Below, piece after piece: positions 39,925 to 53,501 of a stretch of 64,000 bases of DNA. The stretch is from the NCBI GenBank assembly GCA_951406725.2, contig OX597831.1, positions 47,492,001 through 47,556,000 of the forward strand, given 5' to 3'. The stretch's first letter is position 1; every line of letters starts with the position of its first letter. Below the pieces are notes generated by a model. It saw only the letters and a list, made by a program, of their open reading frames with translations. It ran no database searches and had not been told where the DNA came from. This DNA comes from Octopus vulgaris. Its lineage: Eukaryota. A program made the position numbers and the translations under genes.

Positions 39925-41250
39925 AACTGGCACTTGGTCAGTTACGATAACAAGAGTGCCAATCAATCTGATCAAAAGAACACCCCATTCATGAGATTAA
40001 TCTTTTCTACTCTAGGCACAAGGCCCAAAATTTTTGGGGAGGGGGCCAGTCGATTAGATCGACCTCAGTACACAACTGGTACTTAATTTATCAACCCCGA
40101 AAGCATGAAAGGCAAAGTCGACCTTGGCAGAATTTGAACTTAGAACGTAAAGACAGATGAAATACCACTAAGCATTTTGCCTGGCATGCTAATGATTCTG
40201 CCAGCTCACCACCTTAATAATAATAATAATAATAATCTTTTCTACTCTAGACACAAGGCTTGAAAGTTTTGGGGAGGGGTCCAGTCAATTAGATTGACCC
40301 CAGTACGCAACTGGTACTTAATTTATTGACCCTGAAATCATGAAAGGCAAAGTTGACCTTGGCAGAATTTGAATTCAGAACGTAAAGACAGACAAAATAC
40401 CGCTAAGCATTTTGCCTGGTGTGCTAACATTTCTTATTTTTTTACTGCCCACAAGGGCTAAACATAGAGGGGACAAACAAGGACAGACAAAGGGATTAAG
40501 TTGATTACCTCGACCCCTGTGTGTAACTGGTACGTAATTCATTGACCCTGAAAGCATGAAAGGCAAAGTTGACCATGGCAGAATTTGAACTCAGAAAGTA
40601 AAGACAGACGAAATACCTATTTCTTTATTACCCACAAGGGGCTAAACATAGAGGGGACAAACAAGGACAGACAAAGGGATTAAGTTGATTACCTCGACCC
40701 CAGTGCATAACTGGTACTTAATTTATTGACCCTGAAAGCATGAAATCAAAGTTGACCTTGGCAGAATTTGAACTCAGATCGAAAAGACAGATGAAATACC
40801 GCTAAGCATTTCGCCTGGTGTGCTAACATTTCTTATTTTTTTACTGCCCACAAGGGCTAAACATAGAGGGGCCAAACAAGGACAGACAAAAGGATTAAGT
40901 TGATTACCTCGACCCCAGTGCATAACTGGTACTTAATTTATTGACCCCGAAAGCATGAAATCAAAGTTGACCCTGGCAGAATTTGAACTCAGATCGTAAA
41001 GACAGGCGAAATACCGCTAAGCATTTCGCCCGGTGTGCTAATGCTTCTGCCAGATTGATGTGCAAGTGGCAGAGCACTCCACAAACATGTACACCCTTAA
41101 TGTAGTTCGCAGGGAGATTTAGCATGATACAGAATGTGACAAGGCTGGCCCTTTGTAATACAGCTACTAATCATTTTTGCCAGCTCAGTGGACTTGGAGC
41201 AACATGAGATAAAGTATCTCGCTCAAAGACTTGTGCTAACGGGAATAAAA
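39925..41250 (-). mobile_element. D-head/C-body SINE split by an array of five SINE-A units (40001-41053)
   Basis: Host tail at 39925-40000, host body and head at 41055-41250. Five head-to-tail SINE-A units (two A2, three A1) lie between them. Confidence 0.8.
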
Positions 41251-41904
41251 CTCGTGAATTTATATCCGCAAATATAACAGCAACATGTATGTGTGTGCGT
41301 GCATGTGTGTACATATGTGTATTTATGTGTGTGTATAAGAAGAGGAGTGTAATTTACATGAGAGAGGGAGAGAGAGAAGGAGGGAGAGAGAAATAGCAAC
41401 TGATTGAATGAACAATTGATTCAGAATTCTGAGAAATAATATATATTGTCTTCTATTTGCTGTTAATTATTTACTTGTCATAGTTGTTCAAATGGCTGTT
41501 ATCATAATTGTTGTTGTTGTTGTTGTTGTTGTTATCATATATATTATCAGTTCATATACGGAAATAATTTTTCTATCTTTTTTTTTCTTTTTTTGTTAAC
41601 CTCCAACGTGAATATTTATGGGTTTAAAGATTGGAAAAAGTCCTTCAGTTCTAAGCAGCATTTTCAATCAGTCCTTCAGGAATTGATTATGACATTTTTA
41701 GACTCACAGAAAGAAAAAAGAGAAAGAGAGCCCCGATCTATTATATTCTTATATTTATGTAATTGTTTATCTATTTGTTTATTATTTTTGTTTCTGTGGC
41801 TGTCATAGAACATTACTTATTTCCACTGCAATGAAATAATGCAATTTTGGTACCAGTTAAGATTGGATTATTAAGAGTAAAGGCATTATTATTCAAATGA
41901 AATT

Positions 41905-41980
41905 ATGATTATGATTATTGTTATTGTTGTTGTTGTCATTGTCGTCGTCCTCCTCCTCCTCCTCATCATCATCATCATCT

Positions 41981-42039
<59 letters not shown>

Positions 42040-42443
42040 GTTCATTTTTGTCTTTGTTATTTTAGGAATACACTCATATATACACTATATACACTCATTT
42101 ATAAGAGAGTGTGTGTGTATATGCATATGCATGTATGTGTGTGTAAGTGTGTCTGTATACTTTTATGCATGTTTGTGTGTCTATATGTATATGCATGAAT
42201 GTGCATATACATATACTCATGTGTGTGTGTATATATATATATATGCATGTGTGTGTGTGTTTGTATATGTATGAGTGTGTATATGTATACAAATGTGTGT
42301 ATGTGTGTCTATATACACATATACATATACGTGTGTGTGTACGTGCCTGTATGTAATTGAAATGATTATTAAGATACAGCAGCAACAACAACAACAACAA
42401 CAACAATAATATTAATAATAATATTAATAATAATAATAATAAC

Positions 42444-42473
<30 letters not shown>
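41905..42473. repeat. Compound TTA/TG/TAA microsatellite region
   Basis: Seen directly. Confidence 0.9.
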
Positions 42474-42479
<6 letters not shown>

Positions 42480-42772
42480 GATCTGGAAATGGAGGTAACT
42501 TAAATGTGGAGTCTAAAAACAGAAACAATTCCTAGGTGCATTAGGTATGGTAAAAAAATATTCAGAAAAATGCATAACAAAAATACCAGGACTTACAAAT
42601 ATATATAACATACAGAAAATAGCACTACTAGGCACCACACACATCTGATGTAAAACACTTTCAATACAGTAAAAACAAAAGCATCGCAACAAACCACAGC
42701 ACATACCCAAAGGACACAGAGCTGTGCTTTGTAGTGCAGTGAAAGCACATGATTAAAATAAGACTACTGAGT
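42474..42772 (+). mobile_element. R4/Dong-like LINE 3' end in (TAA)n
   Basis: Aligns to 56128-56430 (KDLEMEV...IQKIALLGTTHI). Confidence 0.8.
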
Positions 42773-43104
42773 AATAATAATCTTTTCTGTATTAGCCCAA
42801 GTGCCCAAGGATATACAAAAAACATGAAACTTTAAAAAAAAGGAGCATTTTACCATTTGTGTCAAGAGAAAATAAAAGATGTGTTTTACCTTTGGTGGTG
42901 AATTTGTCATTAAAGGGGCAAGACTATTTACTTGCTAATTTAGCAAACTGTGTTTGAGTGCAACCAAATGCACCAGTAAGAATTTTTTGGTGGTGAAAGG
43001 CAATAATATTTTGAGAATATTATCTTTCTTTAAGCTTCATATAATGTCTAAATTTTAATTTTACTAGCAATCACTCTTTTGCATGTTGTTTATATTCTAT
43101 GTGC

Positions 43105-43530
43105 AAGGATATATGTGTATGCGTGTGTGTGTGTGTGTGTGTGAGTATATATGTATATATGTATTATGTGTGTATATATATATGCATATATTTGTGTATA
43201 TATATGTGTATATATATATATATGTATGTATATATATATATATGTATATATATATAGATATATATGTATAGATGTATATGTATAGATGCTTATGTATAGA
43301 TGTATATGTATATATGTATATATGTATATATATATGTGTATATATATATACATGTATATATATACATATATATATATATATATGTATTTATATGTATATA
43401 TGTATATATATATATATATGTTTGTATATTTATGTATAAATATATGTATGCATGTATATATTTGTATATATATGTGTATATATATATATATTTATGTATA
43501 TATATATATTCATATATATACTTATATATG
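43105..43530. repeat. Degenerate (TA)n/(TG)n tract
   Basis: Seen directly. Confidence 0.9.
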
Positions 43531-43631
43531 GTTAATCCAAACATGAAAACACAAAGAGAAAACACAACAATGCAAGGATGTGGAAGAAGTATAGTATTAT
43601 TGGACGCTCAGGAAAGAAGGAAAGAAGGAGG

Positions 43632-43666
43632 GTTTAACGTTTTGAGTGGAGCTCTTTGTCAGAAAC
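43632..43666 (-). ncRNA. CpG-decayed minimal hammerhead motif in a pLTR-like remnant
   Basis: GTTT-CTGAC(A)A-AGAG..CTC-(A)AAAC-GTT-AAAC; two core G>A changes, both at CpG sites. Confidence 0.5.
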
Positions 43667-43778
43667 ATAGGAAAAGGAAAGATCCAAAGAAAGGAAGACG
43701 GAGGAAAAAAATTGCCAACAGTACACACACGGTCACATTTTGAATGACCGGAAGGGAATGGGTGAAGATGTATGTATA

Positions 43779-43824
<46 letters not shown>

Positions 43825-44145
43825 TGTTTGTATATATATGATATGTGTGTATTTGTGTGTGTGTATGTATGTATATATATGTGTGTGTGTATGTATATAT
43901 ATGTGTGTGTGTGTGTTTCTGTGTCCATGTTTGTACTTCCACCATTGCTTGACAACCGATGTTGCTGTAATTATGTCCCCGTAACTTAGCGGTTTAGCAA
44001 AACATACTGATTGAATAAATCCTGGGGCCGATTTCTTCAACTAAAGGCAGTGCACCAGCAGGGCTGCAGTCACATGACCGAAACAAATAACACAATAAAA
44101 AACTATGCCATTTTAATCCCGAGCAACACCCTATATCTCTGCTAG

Positions 44146-44238
<93 letters not shown>

Positions 44239-44339
44239 GTATATGTATATATATATATACCGGAGTAAACACATAAATGTGAAACAAGGTGGAAAAAAAG
44301 AGTACTCAAATACCAGAGGTAGAGTAATATTCTTTATTT

Positions 44340-44392
44340 AACAAAACTCTCCGACGAACGGGAATGTGAAACTCCGAGTAACAGGTTTTGTT
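44340..44392 (+). ncRNA. Hammerhead-like motif (U4>C variant) in a (TA)n-embedded element
   Basis: AACAAAACTCT-CCGACGA-AC..GT-GAAAC-TCCGA-GTA-ACAGGTTTTGTT. Confidence 0.45.
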
Positions 44393-44416
44393 GAATTTCT
44401 GCTGCTTTTAAATAAA

Positions 44417-44494
<78 letters not shown>

Positions 44495-45016
44495 GCATAT
44501 ATATATAAGTGCTTCCTTTTCATGTTCTCTTAAAATGTTAAACACTTTTCATCCTCCCCACGTATAATTTTGTATACAACTACCACCACCACCACCACCA
44601 CCACCACCACCACTCCATCTTGTCTCACACACATGGTAGTTATATTACATTTATGTCAACAATAAGATGGTGGATTCAAAATACAGCTTGTGGTTTTCTA
44701 GTTTTTCTTATCTAACCTCTTCAGTTTCCTTTAAATTCCAATTTATTATGTTGAATCTGTTGATTGACTGTGATAGCTATTGTATTTATACCTATTACTG
44801 TTCATTTTTTTGTTTTCTATTGTTTTTTTTTTTTGGTATTAAGTCTGTTCTTTAATATTATCCTTTTTCCCAATTCATTTTTTTTTCACAGATTTTCTCT
44901 TTCCTTGGCATAGTTTTATTTTTTATCTTCATGTTTCCTGTACATTTAATATTGTTATGCCAGATTTTTTGGTTATTGTTATTAGTAGCGTTATCATTAT
45001 TAATATCATTATTATT

Positions 45017-45048
<32 letters not shown>

Positions 45049-45877
45049 TATTATTATTCTTGTTGTTGTTGTTAATAGTGGCGGTCGTGTTGGTGCTGGT
45101 TAAAGTTGTGGTGGTGGTAGTAGTAGTGTTGGTCTAGTTGTTGTTGTTGTTGTTGCTGGTGGTGGTGGTTGTCATCATTGTTGTTGCCGTTGTTGTCATG
45201 GTGGGGAATGATGATAGTAGTAATTATAGTAGTCGTTGTAGTAGTAGCAATAGTCATAATAGTAGTAGTCATCGTCGTCGTCTTCGTCGTCGTCGTCGTA
45301 GTAGTAGTAGTAGTAGTAGTAGCAGTAGCAATGCTGTTTTAATCATTTTGCATTAGATATTTTCAATTTTATATACTTTGTTGCATTTTACATTCCATCT
45401 GAGAGACAAGTGAAGTGAAAAATCATGGCTTTATTAGTTTGAAATTTATAAAAGCTTCTAAAGAGAAAAACTGCAAAATAATTTTGTAACTTTCCCAAAT
45501 GCATTCAGCATTTTTGCTATAATAATTGGAATATTTTGGTTCATGTTGTCTAATCTTCTGACTATGGAGCCTGGTAGTGTTGAATGGTGAAGAAGTTTGT
45601 TTGATAATCATGTGGTTTTAGGTTCAATCTGATTGCATGGCATCATGGGGTTGATATACTATAATCTTGGAGTGGGGGGTCGTCTCAATCCTTGTGTTTG
45701 AATTTGTGTATGTGTGGGTGTGTGCACGTGTGTGTGTGTGGCAGTAATTGAGTGTATGTGTGTGCATGTGGTGGTTGTATATTTGCATATTCATACTCAA
45801 TATATTTTTGTTTAGCACTGCCAATTTTGGTGCACATAACTAAATATGTATACACATTTATACATTCCCCACAGTTA

Positions 45878-46468
45878 TATAAGTGAAAGAATATTGTGTT
45901 TTTCAATTGGTTTCACTTTTGCAAATCATGACATTGAAATTTCATATTTTCTTAAGAAGATTTTAGTCTGTGTTGTGTATGTGGGTTTGTGAATGAAATG
46001 AAACAACAAGTAGAAAAATCTAAGGGGAGGAAATTGGAATCAATATCATTTGGGACAGGGGAAGTAATTGCTCATATTTTGGGGAGGGGGTAAATAAATA
46101 TATAAAATCTCAAAAGCTAAACACACCTAAATATGAACGCATAACCAACTTTGAGCTCAGTATATATTTTAATTCATGCTCACATGCACATTACTGTAAA
46201 TATTTCATCTTACTACTTTAGCTTTGAGGTTTTGTATATTGATTTACCCCCTCCTCCCAAATGAACAGTTACCTCCCCTGTCCTGAATAATAACGATCCT
46301 CAATTAGCTCCTCTTAGATTTTTCTTCCTATTGATTTTTTTCATTTACAAACCCCATGCACAACATGGACTAAAATCTTCTGTAAGATAATATGAAATTA
46401 CAATAATTTCAATGTCATGATTAGCGAATGTGAAACCAGTAAACAAACACAATATTCTTTCACTTATA
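45878..46468. mobile_element. Fold-back/MITE-like element with ~240 bp degenerate inverted arms
   Basis: Ends TATAAGTGAAAGAATATTGTGTTT ... AAACACAATATTCTTTCACTTATA; inner arms 45878-46121 versus 46217-46468. Confidence 0.75.
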
Positions 46469-47797
46469 AAATATATTAAAAAATATATTAAAACTATGTA
46501 AACTGTGTGCAGTTTCCTTCTTTTATTTTATATTATCATAAGATATATATATATATATAAAGAGAGAGAAAGTGGGGAGAGAGAGAGAGAGTGAAAGAAA
46601 GTGAGAGAGAGAGAGAGAAAGAGAGAAAGAAAGAAATATCCATGCATATAAATAAATATATATATATATATCATCATCATCTTCATCACAACATTGCACA
46701 CATACATATGCATATATATATATTTATATATACACACACACATACACACACATATATATATATATGTACATATATTCCTGATTCATATTAAATAGTAATA
46801 CATCTGGAACATAACAGATGAGTGAACATATCAATCTCTCCTGATAGAATGATTGCTCATATCCTGATACTCTTAGCTGTTTAGTGCCCATGGCCTAAAC
46901 ATTTAACTCTTGTCACTTCATTCTACCTGATTAATTCAATCAACTATACCCACCAACAGCAAGTTTGCAGCCTTGAGTCATGTTAAGAAGAACAGATACA
47001 CCAGAGTGGCTCATGGAATTTTGGTTCAATAATTACCATTTTGTTCTGTTGGAAACAGGCCAAATGGATTCTTATTAATAGATTCTTCCTTTTTACTATA
47101 GACGAAATAAATCTCTTCAAACTCATTGAATACTATAAATATGTACCATTTGATAGGTACTATTCACTGTTATAGCACCAAATGTACCATTGAATATTTA
47201 ATGTAATGTTTCACTGATGTGAACTCAGATGTTCAAGTTTTCATGTGAGTGCGGAAGAGCTAACAGAAACTTATTATCCCTCTTGTTAGTTCTTGTTGAC
47301 ATGGTCTTTAAAATATCAAATGATGTAGAAAAACGGTCACTTTTATTAGTTGCTGTTGTTGATGTGGTTGTTGTTGTTGTTGTTGTTTTGCTCTTGGTCG
47401 GGTTTTACTCTTGGGTTTGCCAGTGTCAGGTTGCATCACAGTGCTACTGGAACATGTAACCAAGTACGATCTGTTGCCTGATTGGGTTGTTGGAAACTAA
47501 ACTGGCAACCCCACCAAGCTTGCTTGGTGAGGAGAATGATTTTTGGACTCCCCACAAGACTAAAAACAAAACCCAACAAAGGGTGGAAGAACACATGATA
47601 GTCAACGGCTATCCAATAATGTGTAAATATATATGCATACATACATACATACATACATACATACATACATACATACATACATACATACATACATACATAC
47701 ATACATACATGCATGCATGCATACATACATACATACATACATACATATCTACATACATACATACATACATACGTATGTACATACATACATACATACA

Positions 47798-48095
47798 TAC
47801 GAGGGTGAGTCAAAAAGTAATGCCATTTTGTTTAGGACAGGTATAAGTACCAACACAAGAACATGTATCATACATCAAAAGGAAGCTGGTCCTCTGTGGA
47901 TCACATCCCTATTTCTTAACATAGTTACCGTTTCTCTCAATAGTGATGTTACACCTTCAAATGAGAGCATGTAACCCTGCTCCGTAAAATTCTATTGACT
48001 GTTCTTTGAGCCACTTCTTCACTACAGTTTTCACTTCCACGTCACTGGAATAATGTTTGCCTCTCAAACCCTCTTTCATGGGGCCAAAGAAAGTT
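47798..48095 (-). mobile_element. Mariner 3' end (transposase C-terminus plus TIR)
   Basis: FGPMKEGLRGKHYSSDVEVKTVVKKWLKEQ; TIR-like ACGAGGGTGAGTCAAAAAGT at ~47800. Confidence 0.8.
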
Positions 48096-48348
48096 TCTTG
48101 ACAACTGATGTTGGTGTGTTTACGTCTCCGTAACTTAGAGGTTCAGCAAAAGAGACCAATAGAATAAGTTCTAGACTCCTGGGGTTGATTTGTTCAACTA
48201 AAGGCAGTGCTCCAGCATAGCTGCAGCCAAATGATTGAAAGAAATAAAATAATAAAAGAATAAAACCAGAGACAAATATTAAAATATTACTATTATTATA
48301 GATTAGTAATATTTTAATGTTTGTCTCTGTTTTGATTGTTATAGATTG

Positions 48349-48694
48349 TGAAGGCACATGGCTCAGTGGTTAGAGTATTGAGCTTACGATTGTGAGGTTG
48401 TGAGGTTCAAAACCCGGACCGGGCTGCATGTTGTGTTCTTGAGCAAGACACTTTATTTCGCGTTGCTCCAGTTCACTCAGCTGTAGAAATGAGTTGCAAC
48501 ATCACAGGTGCCAAGCTGTATCGGCCTTTGCCTTTCCCTTGGATAACACTGGTGGCATGGAGAGAGGAGGCTGGTATGCATGGGCGGACTGTTGGTCTTC
48601 CATAAACAACCTTACCCGGACAAATGCCTAGGAGGGTAACTTTCTAGGTGCAGTCCCATGGTCATTCATGACTGAAGGGGGTCTCAGCAGCAGC
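48349..48694 (+). mobile_element. SINE-D, full length, with a probable TSD
   Basis: tRNA-like head TGGCTCAGTGG...GGTTCAAAACC; flanks ATTGTTATAGATT / ATTATTATAGATT. Confidence 0.85.
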
Positions 48695-49742
48695 ATTATT
48701 ATAGATTACCTGAACTTGACTGACAGGCAGCGTAGGGTAGAAATATGCCCTTGATAGAGTAAGTTCACACTCCAGAGTTGACTCCATGTGGCAACTACTT
48801 CCCTTAGTAATATTTCCAATGCCCAGACGAAAAGATGTGGAAATTGTAAGGAAGCTTTGTCAAATAAAGAAGACGAATAAGTTGTTGACTGTTCTTTGAG
48901 CCACTTCTTCACTACAGTTTTCACTTCCACGTCACTGGAATAATGTTTGCCTCTCAAACCCTCTTTCATGGGGCCAAAGAAAGTTGGCCCCATGAGCTTA
49001 GTTTAGAGCACAAACACTTTACTTCATCATATCAAAACTAATTAACTTTTAAATACTGCTTATGTAGATCCTCGACTTGCCAATATGCTCGTATGTGTTT
49101 GCTCACATCTCATGAAATACATTATTAACTTTGCTAACTTATGTACGACAGGAATTTATTACGACATATCTCATTTCTCTTCTCCTTAATAACTCCAATA
49201 AAACTGTAGAAAACTCTTAAAAGTTATAAATGTTAGTATAAGCAGACTCTTTCATTACCATGTATGTGCGTTGAGCCACATACAGGATAGAGCAATTCAA
49301 GAACTTTAAAAGTGTTAATTTGCGAGAGCTGAGTGTTGGCCTCTATAAATCACACTCTTTGTTTACATATCTTTGTGCAACTATGAAGTTAGCTTAATAA
49401 TCATATTACAAGGTGTCAAAAATACAATAAATGCGAATGCAATTAGAAAGTATTACATAAATCAGCGATAATTTATTTGTAAAATGTCATAGTAAAACGC
49501 ACCTTTTTATGGGTTTCTTTCTACTTGAAGAAACTTGTTTATAGTTTCTATATCAGCATTTAGTAACATAACTAACCAATAGACTTCTTCATTATCATTA
49601 ACTTGCATTGCTAATCAGTCTTGTACACCATTTACTGGTTTTAGTTATTAGACTCTGGTCACACAGGATCATTGCGTTTAAGTCTTCAGTCAATTATATC
49701 AATTTTAGTCTCATATTTATTTTGTCGAATGACTAAGTCTTA

Positions 49743-50170
49743 AGGCGGTGTGCTGGCAGAAGCGTTATCACACCGGACAAAATGCTTAGCGGTATTTCGT
49801 CTGCTGTTACATTCTGAGTTCAAATTCTACCGTGGTCGACTTTGCCTTTCATCCTTTCAGGGTCAATAAATTAAGTATCAGTTATGTACTGGGGTCGATG
49901 TAATTGACTTAATCCAGTTGTCTGTCCTTGTTTGTCCCCTCTATGTTTAGCCCCTTGTGGGCAATAAAGAAATAAGAAGCGTTAGCATGCTGGGCAAAAT
50001 GCTTAGCAATATTTCATCTGTCTTTACATTTGCAGTTCAAATTCCACTGAAGTGACTTTGCCTTTCATCCTTTCGGGGTCGATAACTTAAGTACCATTTG
50101 TTTACTGGGGTTGATCTAATCGACTGGTTCCCTCCCCCAAAGTTTCGGGCCTTGTGCCTAGAGTAGAAAA
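49743..50170 (+). mobile_element. SINE-A dimer (A1+A2) with one shared TSD
   Basis: TSD GAATGACTAA(G/A)TCTTA at 49727-49742 and 50171-50186. Confidence 0.88.
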
Positions 50171-50519
50171 GAATGACTAAATCTTAGCAGAATTACATCC
50201 TTTTACAGATATAAGTACAAATGTGTCTCCAATTCATTTAGAGATGCAGTTTTGAGCTGTGTGATTCAGAGGTTTACTTTGCAACCATATGGTTTCAGGT
50301 TCAAACTCACCATATAGCACCTTGGGCAAGTGTCTTCTGCTATAGACCCAGACCGAAAGTCTAGTGAGTGGATTTGGTAGATGGAAACTGAATAAATGCT
50401 ATTTGTTTCAGCCATTTGACTGTGACCATGCTGGGGCACTATGTGTGTGTGTGTGGATATACATGTGTGTTTGTGTCTCTTTGTCTTGACATTAAGTACT
50501 TTATTTATTATTGTAAATA

Positions 50520-50893
50520 AATAGGAAAAGTACTTGGCAAAAAGGAAGCCATTGTACTTAGCCTTCATCAACCTGGAGAAAGCTTTCAACAGAGTTACTC
50601 ACTGTGTTATATGGTGGTCTCTAAGGAAGTTAGGAGTAGAGGAGTGGCTTGTTAGAGCTGTACAAGACATGTACAGTCATGCTGTCAGTAAGGTGAGAGT
50701 CAGCCATAAATACAGTGATGAATTAAGTACACAGGTAAGAGTTCACCAGGGCTCAATTCTCAGGCCACTCTTATTCATTGTAGTCTTCCAGGCCATAACA
50801 GAGGAATTCAATACTGGGTGCCCGTTGGAACTCCTATATGCTGATGACCTTGCGCTTATTGCAGAATCTTTAGCAGAATTGGAGAAGAAATTC
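50520..50893 (+). mobile_element. RTE-like reverse transcriptase fragment
   Basis: LYLAFINLEKAFNRV, VHQGSILRPLLF, LLYADDL. Confidence 0.88.
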
Positions 50894-52060
50894 CAAAAAT
50901 TATTAACAAAGGCAAAGTTTGACCTTAGCAACAAAGACCAATCATTCACTGTATCTAAATGCAATGAAAGCTGATGTGGCACATGCCAATTCATGCATAC
51001 CGGCCAATATATGAACACAAAAACTGGAAAAATATTCACAAACACAAATATGAACAGCAAAAACAGAAATTTTATTTACTACATTAAATGCCTGAATTGT
51101 GAAAAACTATATGTGGGTCAGACTGGAAATGCATTATCAGAACCTTCACGTGTGCACTGACAGCAAATTAGAGACCCAGATATCTGTCAGATACCTTTGA
51201 GTGACCATCTAGCATCATGTGGTCAAAAATGTTTATAATATTTCCATTCCACAAACTACACAGTCCAAGTGAAATTGAGAGTAAAATCAGAGAAAAGAAC
51301 TTTATTGATAAATTCTAACCCAAGCTAAATAAACAATAATAACAATACTTAGAGGTGCTATTTCTATTGCTACGACCACTACCACTACCACTAACAACAA
51401 CAACAATACTAAAGGTGCTTATGATGACAATAGCAGGAAAATACAAGCTAAGTCAAGAGAAAAGTCAGTAAAAATAATCTTATTTAGGGTTTAAAGTGCT
51501 ATTATCATAACTACTCCTACCACCACCACCACCACCACCACCACCACCACGAATGACAACAACAATAACAACAATAAAGGTGATGATAATGGTGATGATG
51601 ATAATGGTGATGAGGATAAGTGAAATGTAAAAATCCTTGGGAAATGTTGTTTACAACATTTCTAAAAATTGCCAAGCAATTACTGCTTTGGCCAGGGTCA
51701 AAATACAAGTCTCTTGACATCTTCAACAAACCATGACGCCTAAACCAAACACTAATCAACTTAAGTACTTTAGTAAAGCTATGCACCGATTGGTCAGAAT
51801 ACAGTTTGCAAAACTTAACATTCTAGAGCCTATACAAATGTATTTAAGGCACACATTTTAGCCAACTCACTACAGTTGTAAACTGTAAAACATAACTGTC
51901 ACTATTACTACATGAACCTGAAGATTGCATAGTTTAATGCATGAAAGTACTAGTTCAATCAGAATGGACGTTTAATATTCTATCATTTCATTATATCATA
52001 TTATATTATATTATTATAAGATTGTAAATAAAACATGAAAATTAGATGAAGCTGGAAAAT
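50894..52060 (+). mobile_element. Penelope-like element 3' portion: GIY-YIG endonuclease, 3' region and pLTR
   Basis: LLTKAKF linker, C..*CGTC, IYYIKCLNCEKLYVGQTG, VH*QQIRD..PLSDHL; hammerhead at 51913. Confidence 0.8.
51913..51957 (+). ncRNA. Minimal type-I hammerhead ribozyme with intact core
   Basis: TGAAC-CTGAAGA-T-TGCAT-AGTTTA-ATGCA-T-GAAA-GTAC-TA-GTTCA: stem I TGAAC/GTTCA, palindromic stem III AGTACT, CUA cleavage triplet. Confidence 0.8.
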
Positions 52061-52689
52061 CTTTGAGTAATATATTCTTCTATACACAATCATATACACC
52101 CATGCATATACATATATATTCACACATGTATATTAGAAGCTCTTTAAGAAGAATTGTTAGACATCTATAATACTTTTTTGTATTTAAATGCTAAATACCA
52201 GATATGTTCCATTTTTTTTGTTAACCTTTCATTATTATTCTAAAATAGCTTTCAAATATGTCAATATATATTGTGTTTTGCAAGAATTTATAAATGGAAT
52301 TCAGTTTTTTTTTTTTAATTTTTGTTGCTTTATTTTTCTGAGCTTTTATTTTTCATTTTTTTTTTACTATTATCATTTACCAGGTTTTTACTCCCGACAA
52401 ATGAAGTACTTATTAACATTTGTTTTTGTGGGAATTAAAATCTTCAGAAATATGGCAGAGCAGAGAAAATATTGATTAATTTTTCCTACATAACTATAGA
52501 TAAACATTAACTTCTTGGCCCGAGCAGCATGTAACTCACTCACAGCTTAAAACTAATTCAATACAAAAAACGGAAAAATATCTGATTCAAAGAAAAAGAC
52601 ACAATGTTGTGCTTGAGATTTTACAAGTAATTCAATTTTTTGTCTAATTTGATCAAATATGATAAATAATTAAAAAGAAATATTGGTTT

Positions 52690-52885
52690 CATATTTTGGC
52701 ACAAGGCCAGCAATTTTGAGGGAAGGTCAAGCCATAGTGTTCAGCTGGTACTTATTTTGTCAACCATGAAAGAATGAGAAGCAAAGTTGACTTCAATGAA
52801 ATTTGAACTCAGTAGGTAAGGATTGACGAAATGCCACTAAGCATTTTGTCCAGTGTGCTAACTACTTTGCCAGCTCACTGCCTTA
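52690..52885 (-). mobile_element. SINE-A, diverged
   Basis: Matches the family; tail on the plus strand reads TTTTGGCACAAGGCCAGCAATTTTGAG. Confidence 0.8.
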
Positions 52886-53501
52886 AATTTAAAAAAACAA
52901 AGAAGAAATACTGAAGGTGAAGAGTAACAGGAAATTAAAAAACTTATTAGCTTCACTTTGGATAAACTTCTGGGGAACCCTGATCACTCTTTAATCATTG
53001 TCAATGTGTTTCTTATGGTAAAAATAAAAGCCACAATCCCTACCAAACTGCTCTTTTTGTCTAGAATAAAGCTGACTAGAACTCTTATTGTATTAAGTTA
53101 CAGTACCCAACTAAATTGGTCAGAATTTTACAATTCCAGAGATGTTAATATTATCCTTCTGCACATCTTTAATTCAATTTGGGTCACATGTAAAGCATCA
53201 GTCCAGCATAGATATAATAGAAACTCCAAGAGTACAATTTGAGAAATTTCAGCAGTTCACCTTGCCCGAGAAAGATGATGAGATGCTGAACATGAAAATA
53301 GATTACATAGAACAAAGGAAAATAGCAAACAGTACAAAAAAAATCCAACCATATCGAGTAGGTGACTAAGAAGTCAAATCTTAAATTTTAAAAAAACATA
53401 GGAACCAGCCAGGATAGTAAAATATTCTGGAACTATGTGCATTTGAAACAAAGGTCTTATTCTTTAGTTGGCCCTCTCTACAATCTTTTTGATGATCTCA
53501 A

